A stretch of DNA of 32,200 nt from an uncultured bacterium (lineage in GTDB: Bacteria; CAYJRR01), in NCBI GenBank assembly GCA_964372275.1, contig CAYJRR010000046.1, forward strand, positions 1 to 32,200, given 5' to 3'. This document shows positions 17,352 to 24,797 of the stretch, piece after piece. Within the stretch, counting starts at the first letter, position 1, and each line of letters starts with the position of its first letter. The notes beneath the pieces were generated by a model. That model saw nothing but the letters and a program-made list of their open reading frames with translations, had not been told where the DNA came from and made no database searches. The translations under genes were made by a program, and so were the position numbers.

Positions 17352-19339
17352 CGGAACGCGGCAGACCTCCTTTCGTAGGGACGCGGCTTGCGTTCGTCGG
17401 CCGGATCGGCTTGCTGGCATCGGTCTACGTGGCGACGGCATGGGTGGGACTTCACCTCGGCACGGTCGCCGGATTCGCGACGCTGGTCTGGCCTCCGACC
17501 GGGATCTCGCTCGCCGCGATGCTTCTGTGGGGGCGGCGCCTGTGGCCGGGCGTCGCGTTGGGTGCCTTCGTGGTCAACGTCTGCTTCGGGGCTCCACCGG
17601 CCGCCGCACTGGGGATCGCCGTCGGAAACACGCTCGAGGCGTACGTCGCCGCAATCGCCCTCGACCGCCTCGTGGGATTTCATTGCGCGCTCGACCGGAT
17701 CCGCGATGTCGCGGCGCTCGCCGGTCTGGCGGCGGTCCTGAGCACCGTCCTGAGCGCGACGATCGGCGTGACCAGCCTGTGGCTGGCGGGAAGGGTTCCC
17801 GACGGTCTGTTCGGCGAGAGCTGGATCGCCTGGTGGTCGGGCGATCTGGCGGCCGATCTGCTGGTGGCGCCGCTGCTGCTCACCGCCTTCTGCCCCGCTC
17901 CGACACGCGACGGGCATCGCGCCGTGCGTGCCGTCGAGTCGTTCGGGCTCGCCTTGACCCTGGCGTTGGCGGCGGTCGTGGTCTTGTTCGAATGGGCTCC
18001 GCAACTGCCGGAGCTTCTCCGCAAGACCTACTACTTCTTTCCGATCCTGACCTGGGCCGCCGTCCGATTCGGTCCTCGAGGTTCCGCCGCGGCCAGCTTC
18101 GCCCTCGCCTTCCTGACGACGTTCTCGACGGCGCGGGGCTGGGGTCCCTTCGCGATGCCCGTGCTTCACGAGGGGCTGACGGCGATGCAGACCTTCCTGA
18201 CGGCGTCGGCATTCACGGCGCTTCTGCTCGCCGCGAGCGTCCGGGAGCGGGAGGACCAGCGGCGCGCCGCCCGCGACTCGGAGGCCCGCAAGGGGGCGAT
18301 TCTCGAAGCGGCGATCGACGCCGTGATCACGATCGACCACAAGGGAATCATCCGCGAGTTCAACGCCGCGGCGGAACGGCTCTTCCGGTATCGCCGGACG
18401 GACGTCGAGGGATGCGAAATGGCGTCGCGGATCATTCCGGAACGGCTTCGCGAATCCCATCGCCGCGGTTTCGCGCGGTTCCTGGAAACCGGCGACGGCC
18501 CGGTATTGGGAACCCGCGTTCACTTCCCCGCGGCTCGCTCCGATGGAACCGAGTTCCCGGCGGAGATCGCGATCACGCGGGTGGGTGGGACCGTGCCGCC
18601 GCTCTTCACCGGCTTCGTCCGCGATCTGACCGCACAACAGGAGGCGGAGCGCGAGCTTCGCCAATCGCGCGAAGAGCTCGAGCGGAAGGTCGAGGAGCGG
18701 ACGGCGGCGCTCCAGGAGTCTCTCCACGAGAAGGAGGCTCTCCTCCGCGAGATCCATCACCGGGTGAAGAACAATCTGCAGGTGATCGCGAGCCTTCTCC
18801 ACTTGCAGGCGACGACCGGTGCGAGCGCGGCATCGCAGGCGGCGTTCCAGGAGAGTCAGCTCCGCATCCGGGCGATGGCCCTGGTCCACCAGCTCCTCTA
18901 CCAGTCGAAGGACTTGGCGCGGATCGACTTCGGCGACTACCTGCGCAGCCTGGTGGGGCAGATCTTCCAGGGGTACGGGATCGTGCCGAACCGGGTCTCC
19001 GCGCGGGTCGAGACGGGCGAGGGCACCCTTCACCTCGACGTCGACACCGCCGTCCCCTGCGGTCTGATCGTGACCGAGCTCGTCTCCAATTCACTTCGCC
19101 ACGCGTTTCCGGGTGGACGACGCGGCCGGGTGACCGTCTCGCTGCGGCGGGAGTCGGATCGTTCGTTCGAGCTCACGGTCCGCGACGACGGCGTCGGCAT
19201 CACCGGGGAGACCCCCTGGATCACGCGCCAAACGCTCGGGCTGCAGCTCGTTCGCAGCCTGACCAAGCAGATTCGCGGCACCATCGAGCACGTCCGCGAT
19301 GGCGGCACCTGTTTCCGGCTGGTGTTCGTCGTCGACTGA
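17348..19339 (+). CDS. MASE1-PAS-HisKA_2 sensor histidine kinase
   Basis: MASE1 (VWPPTG, GNTLEA, WWSGD), PAS (FNAAAERLF), EIHHRVKNNLQ H-box, ELVSNSLRHAF, DDGVG, LGLQLV. Confidence 0.92.
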   Translation: MTERGRPPFVGTRLAFVGRIGLLASVYVATAWVGLHLGTVAGFATLVWPPTGISLAAMLLWGRRLWPGVALGAFVVNVCFGAPPAAALGIAVGNTLEAYVAAIALDRLVGFHCALDRIRDVAALAGLAAVLSTVLSATIGVTSLWLAGRVPDGLFGESWIAWWSGDLAADLLVAPLLLTAFCPAPTRDGHRAVRAVESFGLALTLALAAVVVLFEWAPQLPELLRKTYYFFPILTWAAVRFGPRGSAAASFALAFLTTFSTARGWGPFAMPVLHEGLTAMQTFLTASAFTALLLAASVREREDQRRAARDSEARKGAILEAAIDAVITIDHKGIIREFNAAAERLFRYRRTDVEGCEMASRIIPERLRESHRRGFARFLETGDGPVLGTRVHFPAARSDGTEFPAEIAITRVGGTVPPLFTGFVRDLTAQQEAERELRQSREELERKVEERTAALQESLHEKEALLREIHHRVKNNLQVIASLLHLQATTGASAASQAAFQESQLRIRAMALVHQLLYQSKDLARIDFGDYLRSLVGQIFQGYGIVPNRVSARVETGEGTLHLDVDTAVPCGLIVTELVSNSLRHAFPGGRRGRVTVSLRRESDRSFELTVRDDGVGITGETPWITRQTLGLQLVRSLTKQIRGTIEHVRDGGTCFRLVFVVD

Positions 19340-19348
19340 CGGTTCCGG

Positions 19349-20167
19349 TCATTCTTTCGGGGGCCGGAGCGCCGCGTCCTTCTCCAGCGCGTCGGCGAGC
19401 GCTTCGACGGTGGCCCCGTCCGAAACGATCGTGGCCGGGATCCCGAGCGCCGCCGCGCGGGCGGCGGTGACGGCGCCCAGTGCGGCGATGCGCGCGCCGC
19501 GAAGCCGCTCGGCCGAGTCGCGCGGGCCGCCGAGCAGATCGACGAGATGCGATACGGCCGACCCGGAGGCGAAGGTGACGACGTCGACCCCGTCGTCCAG
19601 CGCCCTCTCGAGGGCTTCCCGCGCGCCCTCCGGGACCACCGTGCGGTAGACCGCGGCGACGTCGACGTTCGCGCCGGCGGCGCGCAGGCGATCGGGGAGT
19701 TGTTCGTTCGCCACCTCCGCGCGCGGCAACAGGATCCGCGCGGCGCGAACCGACCCCAACCGCCGCACGACCTCGCCGGCGAGCGCCACCCCGTGGTGTT
19801 CGTCGGGGATCGCGGCGGCGGAGATGCCGCGCGCGCGGAGTGCGTCGGCGGTGCGCGGCCCGACGGCGTAGATGGACGCCGACGCCGGAAAGGCCGGGAG
19901 GTCGCAACTCCCCACCCTCTCCTGCAGGCGGTCCCAGAAGCGCGCCACGCCGTTCGACGACGTGAAGAGGATCGCCGCGTACCGGGGGAGCGCCTCGATC
20001 GCCGCGTCGGCGGCCTCCCAGGAGGACGGTGGCGCGAAGGCGAGGAGCGGGACCGACGCGACCGTCGCGCCGCGCGCCCGGAGGGCCGCCGCCAGGCGCT
20101 CCTCGGGCTCCGCCGCCCGCGTCACCAGGATCCGCACCCCGGCCAGCGCCCCGGCGTCCGGTCTCAT
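19349..20167 (-). CDS. hemD: Uroporphyrinogen-III synthase
   Basis: ILVTRA, FTSSNGV, AVGPRTA, ILLPRA, VYRT, FASGSAV, ALGAVTA; ATG overlaps the hemC stop. Confidence 0.92.
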   Translation of the reverse strand: MRPDAGALAGVRILVTRAAEPEERLAAALRARGATVASVPLLAFAPPSSWEAADAAIEALPRYAAILFTSSNGVARFWDRLQERVGSCDLPAFPASASIYAVGPRTADALRARGISAAAIPDEHHGVALAGEVVRRLGSVRAARILLPRAEVANEQLPDRLRAAGANVDVAAVYRTVVPEGAREALERALDDGVDVVTFASGSAVSHLVDLLGGPRDSAERLRGARIAALGAVTAARAAALGIPATIVSDGATVEALADALEKDAALRPPKE

Positions 20168-21147
20168 GCGGGTCGTCCCGCGTGGACCGCGGCGAGGATC
20201 TCGGCGCCGCCGCGTGCGAGGAGCTCCTCGGCGAGCGAGCGACCGAGCGCCGTCGGCGCGTCGACCGGGCCGGATCGCGAGCCGCGCACGATCGCGGCCG
20301 CCGAGTCGCGCGCCTCGGCCGCGGACACCGGTGCGCCGGCGCCGTTCCACGGGGCGGCGATCAACGCGTCGAGCCGGAGGACGGCGCCGTCGACGCGCGC
20401 GTGCGCCGCGACCGGGAGTTGGCATCCGCCGTTGAGCGTCGCGAGGAAGCCTCGCTCGGCTTCGACGGCGGCGCGCGTCGGCGGATGGTCCATCGCCGCC
20501 GCGATCCTCCTCGCCAGAGGGTCGTCGGCGCGCGTCTCGACCGCCATCGCGCCCGGGCCGACCGCCGGCAGCATCGGTTCCAGGTCCAGGATCTCGCTCG
20601 CCCGCCCCGCCAACCCCATCCGCTTCAGACCCGCCAGCGCCAGCACGATTCCGTCGTAGCGCCCCTCGTCGAGCTTGCGCACGCGGGTGTCGACGTTTCC
20701 GCGCAGGTCGATCAGCGCCACGTCGGGCCGGCGAGACCGGACCTGCGCCATCCGGCGGAGGCTCGAGGTGCCGACCCGCGCGCCGCGAGGGAGGCCGGCG
20801 AGACCCGATCCGTCCCGGGTGAGGAAGGCATCGCGCGGATCCTCCCGCTCGAGGAACGCGGCGAGTCGCAGCCCGTCGGTTTCGACCGACGGCAGGTCCT
20901 TGGCGCTGTGCACGGCGATCGAGACCCGGCCGTCGAGCAGCGCCTCCTCGATCTCCTTGACGAACAGCCCCTTCCCGCCGGCCGCGCTGCCGATCTCCGG
21001 GAGCGGGCGGGAGCTCATGTCGCCGGCGGTGGCGATGATCGAAAGCTGGATCTCGATTCCGAGCGCGCGTTCGAGGCGCTCCTTCACGTGGTTCGCCTGC
21101 CACCTCGCCAACGCGCTCCCGCGGGTGCCGATCCGGACGCTAGGCAC
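20164..21147 (-). CDS. hemC: Hydroxymethylbilane synthase
   Basis: RIGTRGSALARWQ, GKGLFVKEIE, VHSAKD, GTSSLRR, RGNVDTR, GGC cofactor Cys; start GTG 21147. Confidence 0.96.
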   Translation of the reverse strand: MPSVRIGTRGSALARWQANHVKERLERALGIEIQLSIIATAGDMSSRPLPEIGSAAGGKGLFVKEIEEALLDGRVSIAVHSAKDLPSVETDGLRLAAFLEREDPRDAFLTRDGSGLAGLPRGARVGTSSLRRMAQVRSRRPDVALIDLRGNVDTRVRKLDEGRYDGIVLALAGLKRMGLAGRASEILDLEPMLPAVGPGAMAVETRADDPLARRIAAAMDHPPTRAAVEAERGFLATLNGGCQLPVAAHARVDGAVLRLDALIAAPWNGAGAPVSAAEARDSAAAIVRGSRSGPVDAPTALGRSLAEELLARGGAEILAAVHAGRPA

Positions 21148-22453
21148 CGCCTTCGCCCTCTTTCGGTGGGTCGTCGTCGATCTCGAGCATCCCCGGAACT
21201 TCGTCAACGGTACCCAGCGCGAAGGCCTCCAGGAGGGTCTCGGCGTCGAGCGCGCCCCGCTTCAGCGCCTGGATCGGCTCGTGCGCGATCTTCGCCGTCA
21301 GCTGCTGGGTCAGGCGCTCGACGGCGTCGCGTTGCACCGCGTCGAGTCCGCGCAGGCCCCCCGCCGCCCGGGCCAGCTCCGACTTGCGCAGCGCTTCGAG
21401 GCGGGCGGTGAACAGACCGATGGCGGGTCCCAGCTCGACCTGGCCGATCACCCCGACGAACGCCGCCGCCTCCTCCTCGACGATCGCCTCGGCCTTGGCC
21501 GACTCCCGCTTCCGCTCGGCGAGGTTGGCGTCGACCACGCCCCGCAGGTCGTCGACGCCGTAGAGGTAGACGTCGGCCAACTCGTTCACCGCCGGTTCGA
21601 CCGCGCGCGGCACCGCGATGTCGACCACGAAGGTCGGCCGGTGGCGCCGGGCCCGGCTCGCCTCCGCCATCATCGACCGGGTGATGACGTGTCCCTTGGC
21701 CGCCGCGGCGCAGATGACGACGTCGGCGGCCGCCAGCCAGCTACCGAGCTTTTCGAACTGCACCGGCGTGCCGTCGAAACGCTGCGCCAGCTCGACGGCG
21801 CGGTCGTAGGTCCGGTTCGCCACCAGGATCTCGGCGGCGCCGTTCTTCTGCAGGTGACGCGCGGCGAGCTCCCCCATCTCGCCGGCGCCGACCAGCAGAA
21901 CCGTCTTTCCGGAGAGCTCGCCGAAGATCTTCCGCGCCAGCTCCACGGCCGCGTAGGAGACCGACACGGCGTGCGCCGCAATCCCCGTCTCCGAGCGGAC
22001 GCGCTTGGCCACCGAGAACGCCTTGTGCAGCACCCGGTTGAGGATCCCGCCGGCGGCCCGCACCTCGAGGGCCGTCTGGTAGGCCTCCTTGATCTGGCCC
22101 AGGATCTGCGGCTCGCCGATCACCAGCGAATCGAGCGAACTCGCCACCCGGAAGACGTGTCGCAACGCCGCCTCGCCGGATCGCTCGTAGAGGTGACGCT
22201 CGAGTTCGGCGGGGCTGACACCGTGCGTCCGGGCGAGGAACTCGCGCAGCGACGACAGCGTGGCGGTCGGGTCGGCCGACGCGGCGTAGATCTCCACCCG
22301 GTTGCAGGTGGACAGGATCATCCCCTCGGGGACGCCGGCAAGCCGCGTCAGGCCGGCGAGACACTCCGGGAGACCGTCGGCCGGGAACGCGACCCGTTCC
22401 CGCACCTCGATCGGCGCGGAGTCGTGGTTCAAGCCCAGGACGACGATCTCCAT
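21140..22453 (-). CDS. hemA: Glutamyl-tRNA reductase
   Basis: GLNH..AP..VRE, STCNRVE (catalytic Cys), SLDSLVIGEPQILGQ, GAGEM, NRT, DIAVPR; ATG 22453 in a TGATG overlap. Confidence 0.97.
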   Translation of the reverse strand: MEIVVLGLNHDSAPIEVRERVAFPADGLPECLAGLTRLAGVPEGMILSTCNRVEIYAASADPTATLSSLREFLARTHGVSPAELERHLYERSGEAALRHVFRVASSLDSLVIGEPQILGQIKEAYQTALEVRAAGGILNRVLHKAFSVAKRVRSETGIAAHAVSVSYAAVELARKIFGELSGKTVLLVGAGEMGELAARHLQKNGAAEILVANRTYDRAVELAQRFDGTPVQFEKLGSWLAAADVVICAAAAKGHVITRSMMAEASRARRHRPTFVVDIAVPRAVEPAVNELADVYLYGVDDLRGVVDANLAERKRESAKAEAIVEEEAAAFVGVIGQVELGPAIGLFTARLEALRKSELARAAGGLRGLDAVQRDAVERLTQQLTAKIAHEPIQALKRGALDAETLLEAFALGTVDEVPGMLEIDDDPPKEGEGGA

Positions 22454-23265
22454 CAGCCGAAGAAGTGGACGCGGGTGGAGAGGCTGATCCCGACGATCGA
22501 GACCAGGAGCGCGGCGAAGCCGACGACGGAGAAGACCGCCGACTTCCGGCCACGCCAACCGGCGAACAGGTGCGATTGGACGGCGTAGGCGTACCAGAGC
22601 CAGAGGGCCGAGGTGAGGAGCACCAGAGGGTCCTCCCAAACGCGTTCGCCGGCCGTCGGCTTCACCGTCACCCAGGCCGCGCCGAGGAACAGGCCGATCG
22701 AGAGTAGGACGAACCCGGCGGCGGTGGCGAACCGGTTCAGCCGGTCGAGCGCTTCGAGCGACGGGAGGCGGCGGAACAGGCCGCCGAGCCGGCGGGACTT
22801 GAGGAACCGCTCCTGGATCAGGTAGATCGCCGCGAGGCAGAAGCTGACCGAGAAGGCGGCGTAGCCCAGGAGCAGCGACACCAGGTGGGCGGTCAACCAC
22901 CAGGTCGGCAGCGACCGCGAGGGGGCCGGAGACCCGGGCGCCAGCTCGGCGAGGACGGCGAAGACGGTCGCCACCGGCGCCACGAACGCGCCGACCACGG
23001 TGAGGCGCGAGCGAAGCAGCACGGCGAGGAAGATTCCGACGATCCCCCAGGCGATGAGCGAGAGGAGCAGCGCCGCGCTGCCGAAGGAGATGCCGCTTCC
23101 GAACGCCTGGACGGCGAAGCAGACGGTGTGCCCCGCGAAGCCGATCGCCAGGATCGACGTCGCGATCGCCCCGAGCCTCGGCGACGGACGCAGGAGGAAG
23201 GCGACGTAGGCGAGGGCCGCCGCCGCGTAGAACAGCCAGCCGCCGGAGTGGAGAAGCGCGGTCAA
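22453..23265 (-). CDS. Cytochrome c assembly protein (CcsA/HemX-like)
   Basis: About 8 TM helices, conserved His, YLIQER.LK, RLPSLEALD, GA.W...W.DP; directly upstream of hemA; TTG start after GGAGG. Confidence 0.88.
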   Translation of the reverse strand: MTALLHSGGWLFYAAAALAYVAFLLRPSPRLGAIATSILAIGFAGHTVCFAVQAFGSGISFGSAALLLSLIAWGIVGIFLAVLLRSRLTVVGAFVAPVATVFAVLAELAPGSPAPSRSLPTWWLTAHLVSLLLGYAAFSVSFCLAAIYLIQERFLKSRRLGGLFRRLPSLEALDRLNRFATAAGFVLLSIGLFLGAAWVTVKPTAGERVWEDPLVLLTSALWLWYAYAVQSHLFAGWRGRKSAVFSVVGFAALLVSIVGISLSTRVHFFG

Positions 23266-23276
23266 GGGCCTCCAGA

Positions 23277-23305
23277 AGGGTAGGCGACGGCCCGCTCACG
23301 GGCAA
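23277..23305 (-). promoter_or_regulatory. Putative sigma70-type promoter of the ccsA-hemA-hemC-hemD operon
   Basis: Minus strand TTGCCC-N17-TACCCT, followed by GGAGG and the TTG start. Confidence 0.5.
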
Positions 23306-23316
23306 GACCCGGAGCG

Positions 23317-24024
23317 CTAGTCGAACCGGGCGAAGGCGACGAACAGTTCGCCGGCGAGGGTCGGCTCGCCGCTTCGTTCGCGGCGACGGAACGGACCGTT
23401 CCGCGCCGCGTCCGACGGGTTCCGCAGGTCCATCGGATCGCGCCGGACGGCCCCCCCCATCCAATGAAGGAGCCGGACCTGGCCGTCGGGTTCGACCGTT
23501 TCGACGATCGCGACGTGCGTGATGCGGCCGGTGATCTCGCCCGACGTGTCGCGAAAGAAGGCGAGGTCGCCGACGGCGGGCGCGAGCCGGTCGACGACGC
23601 GCCGCGTGGCGCGGGCCCAGGCGAGGAGCATCCCCGAGACGGTCGGCTGCGTCCGGTGCTCGGGCGGGACGACGAGCGGGCGGCCGGCCGCTTCGAACCC
23701 GGCGCCGACGAATCCGGAGCAGTCGCGGCGGGCGTGTGGGGGGAGCGATCCCGCGGCGACCATCGCCAACATGTGCGCGACCGCCTGCCGCCCGCGGCGG
23801 CTCCCGTGCGCGAGCGGGCTCGCCGACGCCGGCCCGATGGAGGGGATGCCCGGAACCGCCGGCGGATCGAGAGCGTCAGGCGCCGTCGTCGGCACCGTGG
23901 CCGGGGGGCGCGCATCCCGGTCGACGGCGCGTCGCGCGGCGCAGCCCGCGATCGCGGTCAGGCCGGCGGCGGCGAGCGCCGCCGCGACCGGTCGTACGGA
24001 GGGTCGACGGGCCGTGCGTCCCAC
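23317..24024 (-). CDS. NlpC/P60 (CHAP-like) cell-wall peptidase lipoprotein
   Basis: Lipobox IAGC; DCSGFV catalytic Cys, GDLAFF, THVAIV His. Confidence 0.85.
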   Translation of the reverse strand: MGRTARRPSVRPVAAALAAAGLTAIAGCAARRAVDRDARPPATVPTTAPDALDPPAVPGIPSIGPASASPLAHGSRRGRQAVAHMLAMVAAGSLPPHARRDCSGFVGAGFEAAGRPLVVPPEHRTQPTVSGMLLAWARATRRVVDRLAPAVGDLAFFRDTSGEITGRITHVAIVETVEPDGQVRLLHWMGGAVRRDPMDLRNPSDAARNGPFRRRERSGEPTLAGELFVAFARFD

Positions 24025-24078
24025 TCGCCGGCGAGGATACCGCGGCGATCCCCGTGCCCCGTGTGACGGCGCGCGGGC

Positions 24079-24131
24079 AAAAAAAACGACCCGGATCCAG
24101 AGTGGGGCACATCACTCTGCATCCGAGTCGT
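24079..24131 (-). terminator. Rho-independent terminator
   Basis: ACGACTCGGATGCAGAGTG-ATGTGCCC-CACTCTGGATCCGGGTCGT, ending in a run of 8 T. Confidence 0.8.
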
Positions 24132-24183
24132 GTTTGCAAGTTTCCCCGGACTGGGAACGACTCCCAACCGGGTCTCGCAATGG
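24079..24183 (-). ncRNA. Candidate sigma54-dependent small RNA (~105 nt)
   Basis: Sigma54 promoter directly upstream; hairpin 24134-24180; terminator hairpin 24086-24131 ending in a T8 run; G-U pairs form only on the minus strand; no credible ORF. Confidence 0.65.
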
Positions 24184-24193
24184 CCTTCCTATC

Positions 24194-24210
24194 AGCAACC
24201 CGGATGCCAG
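24194..24210 (-). promoter_or_regulatory. Sigma54 (-24/-12) promoter
   Basis: Minus strand CTGGCAT-CCGGG-TTGCT, one mismatch to YTGGCAC-N5-TTGCW. Confidence 0.75.
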
Positions 24211-24371
24211 CACGAATCCTTTGTTCACAAGGAGTTCCGCGTTTTCGAGGCACGCGATTCGGCCGGCTATGACAGCGATGTCGTAGGCCCGATTTCGACG
24301 ATCCGGGCCCGATCCGTGGTATGCGTGCGCTGGGGTTCGGGGAGTCCCCGCCGAGCCCGAAGGGCGTAACG

Positions 24372-24797
24372 ATGGCCGAGCGGATCCAGGCATTGACGGC
24401 ACGCGTCGAGTTCTTCGACGGGAAGGAGGTCTTCACCCCCGACCTCCCCGGCCTGGTGTCGCTGCTGGCGAAGGCCTCCGACGACCATGTCACCGTCAAG
24501 GTGATCGAGGTCCTCGGGAAGGGGAACGACGGCACGGAGTACCGGGTACTGCTCGAGCCGGTCGGCGTGTTCAAGGAGAAGGCGCCGATCGGCTTCCACA
24601 ACCTGCTCTTCGACCGCGCGCTCGGAGACATCCTGATCCGCGCCGGCATCGCCACCCCCGAGCAGATCCAGCGCGCGCTCGCCGAGCAGAACGCCTCGGC
24701 GGTGAAGGAGCGCCTGGGCGAGGTGCTCGTCCGGCTCGGCATCGCGACCCCGCAGCAGGTCCGCGAGGCCCTCCTCCGCCAGCTCGGCGGCGTCTGA
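24372..24797 (+). CDS. Small protein with a C-terminal tandem MshEN (c-di-GMP-binding type) motif
   Basis: RALGDILIRAGIATPEQIQRALAEQ and RLGEVLVRLGIATPQQVREALLRQ match the MshEN repeat; unknown ~80-aa N-terminal domain; ATG 24372 after AAGGG. Confidence 0.8.
   Translation: MAERIQALTARVEFFDGKEVFTPDLPGLVSLLAKASDDHVTVKVIEVLGKGNDGTEYRVLLEPVGVFKEKAPIGFHNLLFDRALGDILIRAGIATPEQIQRALAEQNASAVKERLGEVLVRLGIATPQQVREALLRQLGGV

Noticed and set aside
24079-24183. Identification as Myxococcus Pxr or a c-di-GMP riboswitch
   Set aside because: Only the context is analogous. I cannot see the sequence or structure consensus of either.
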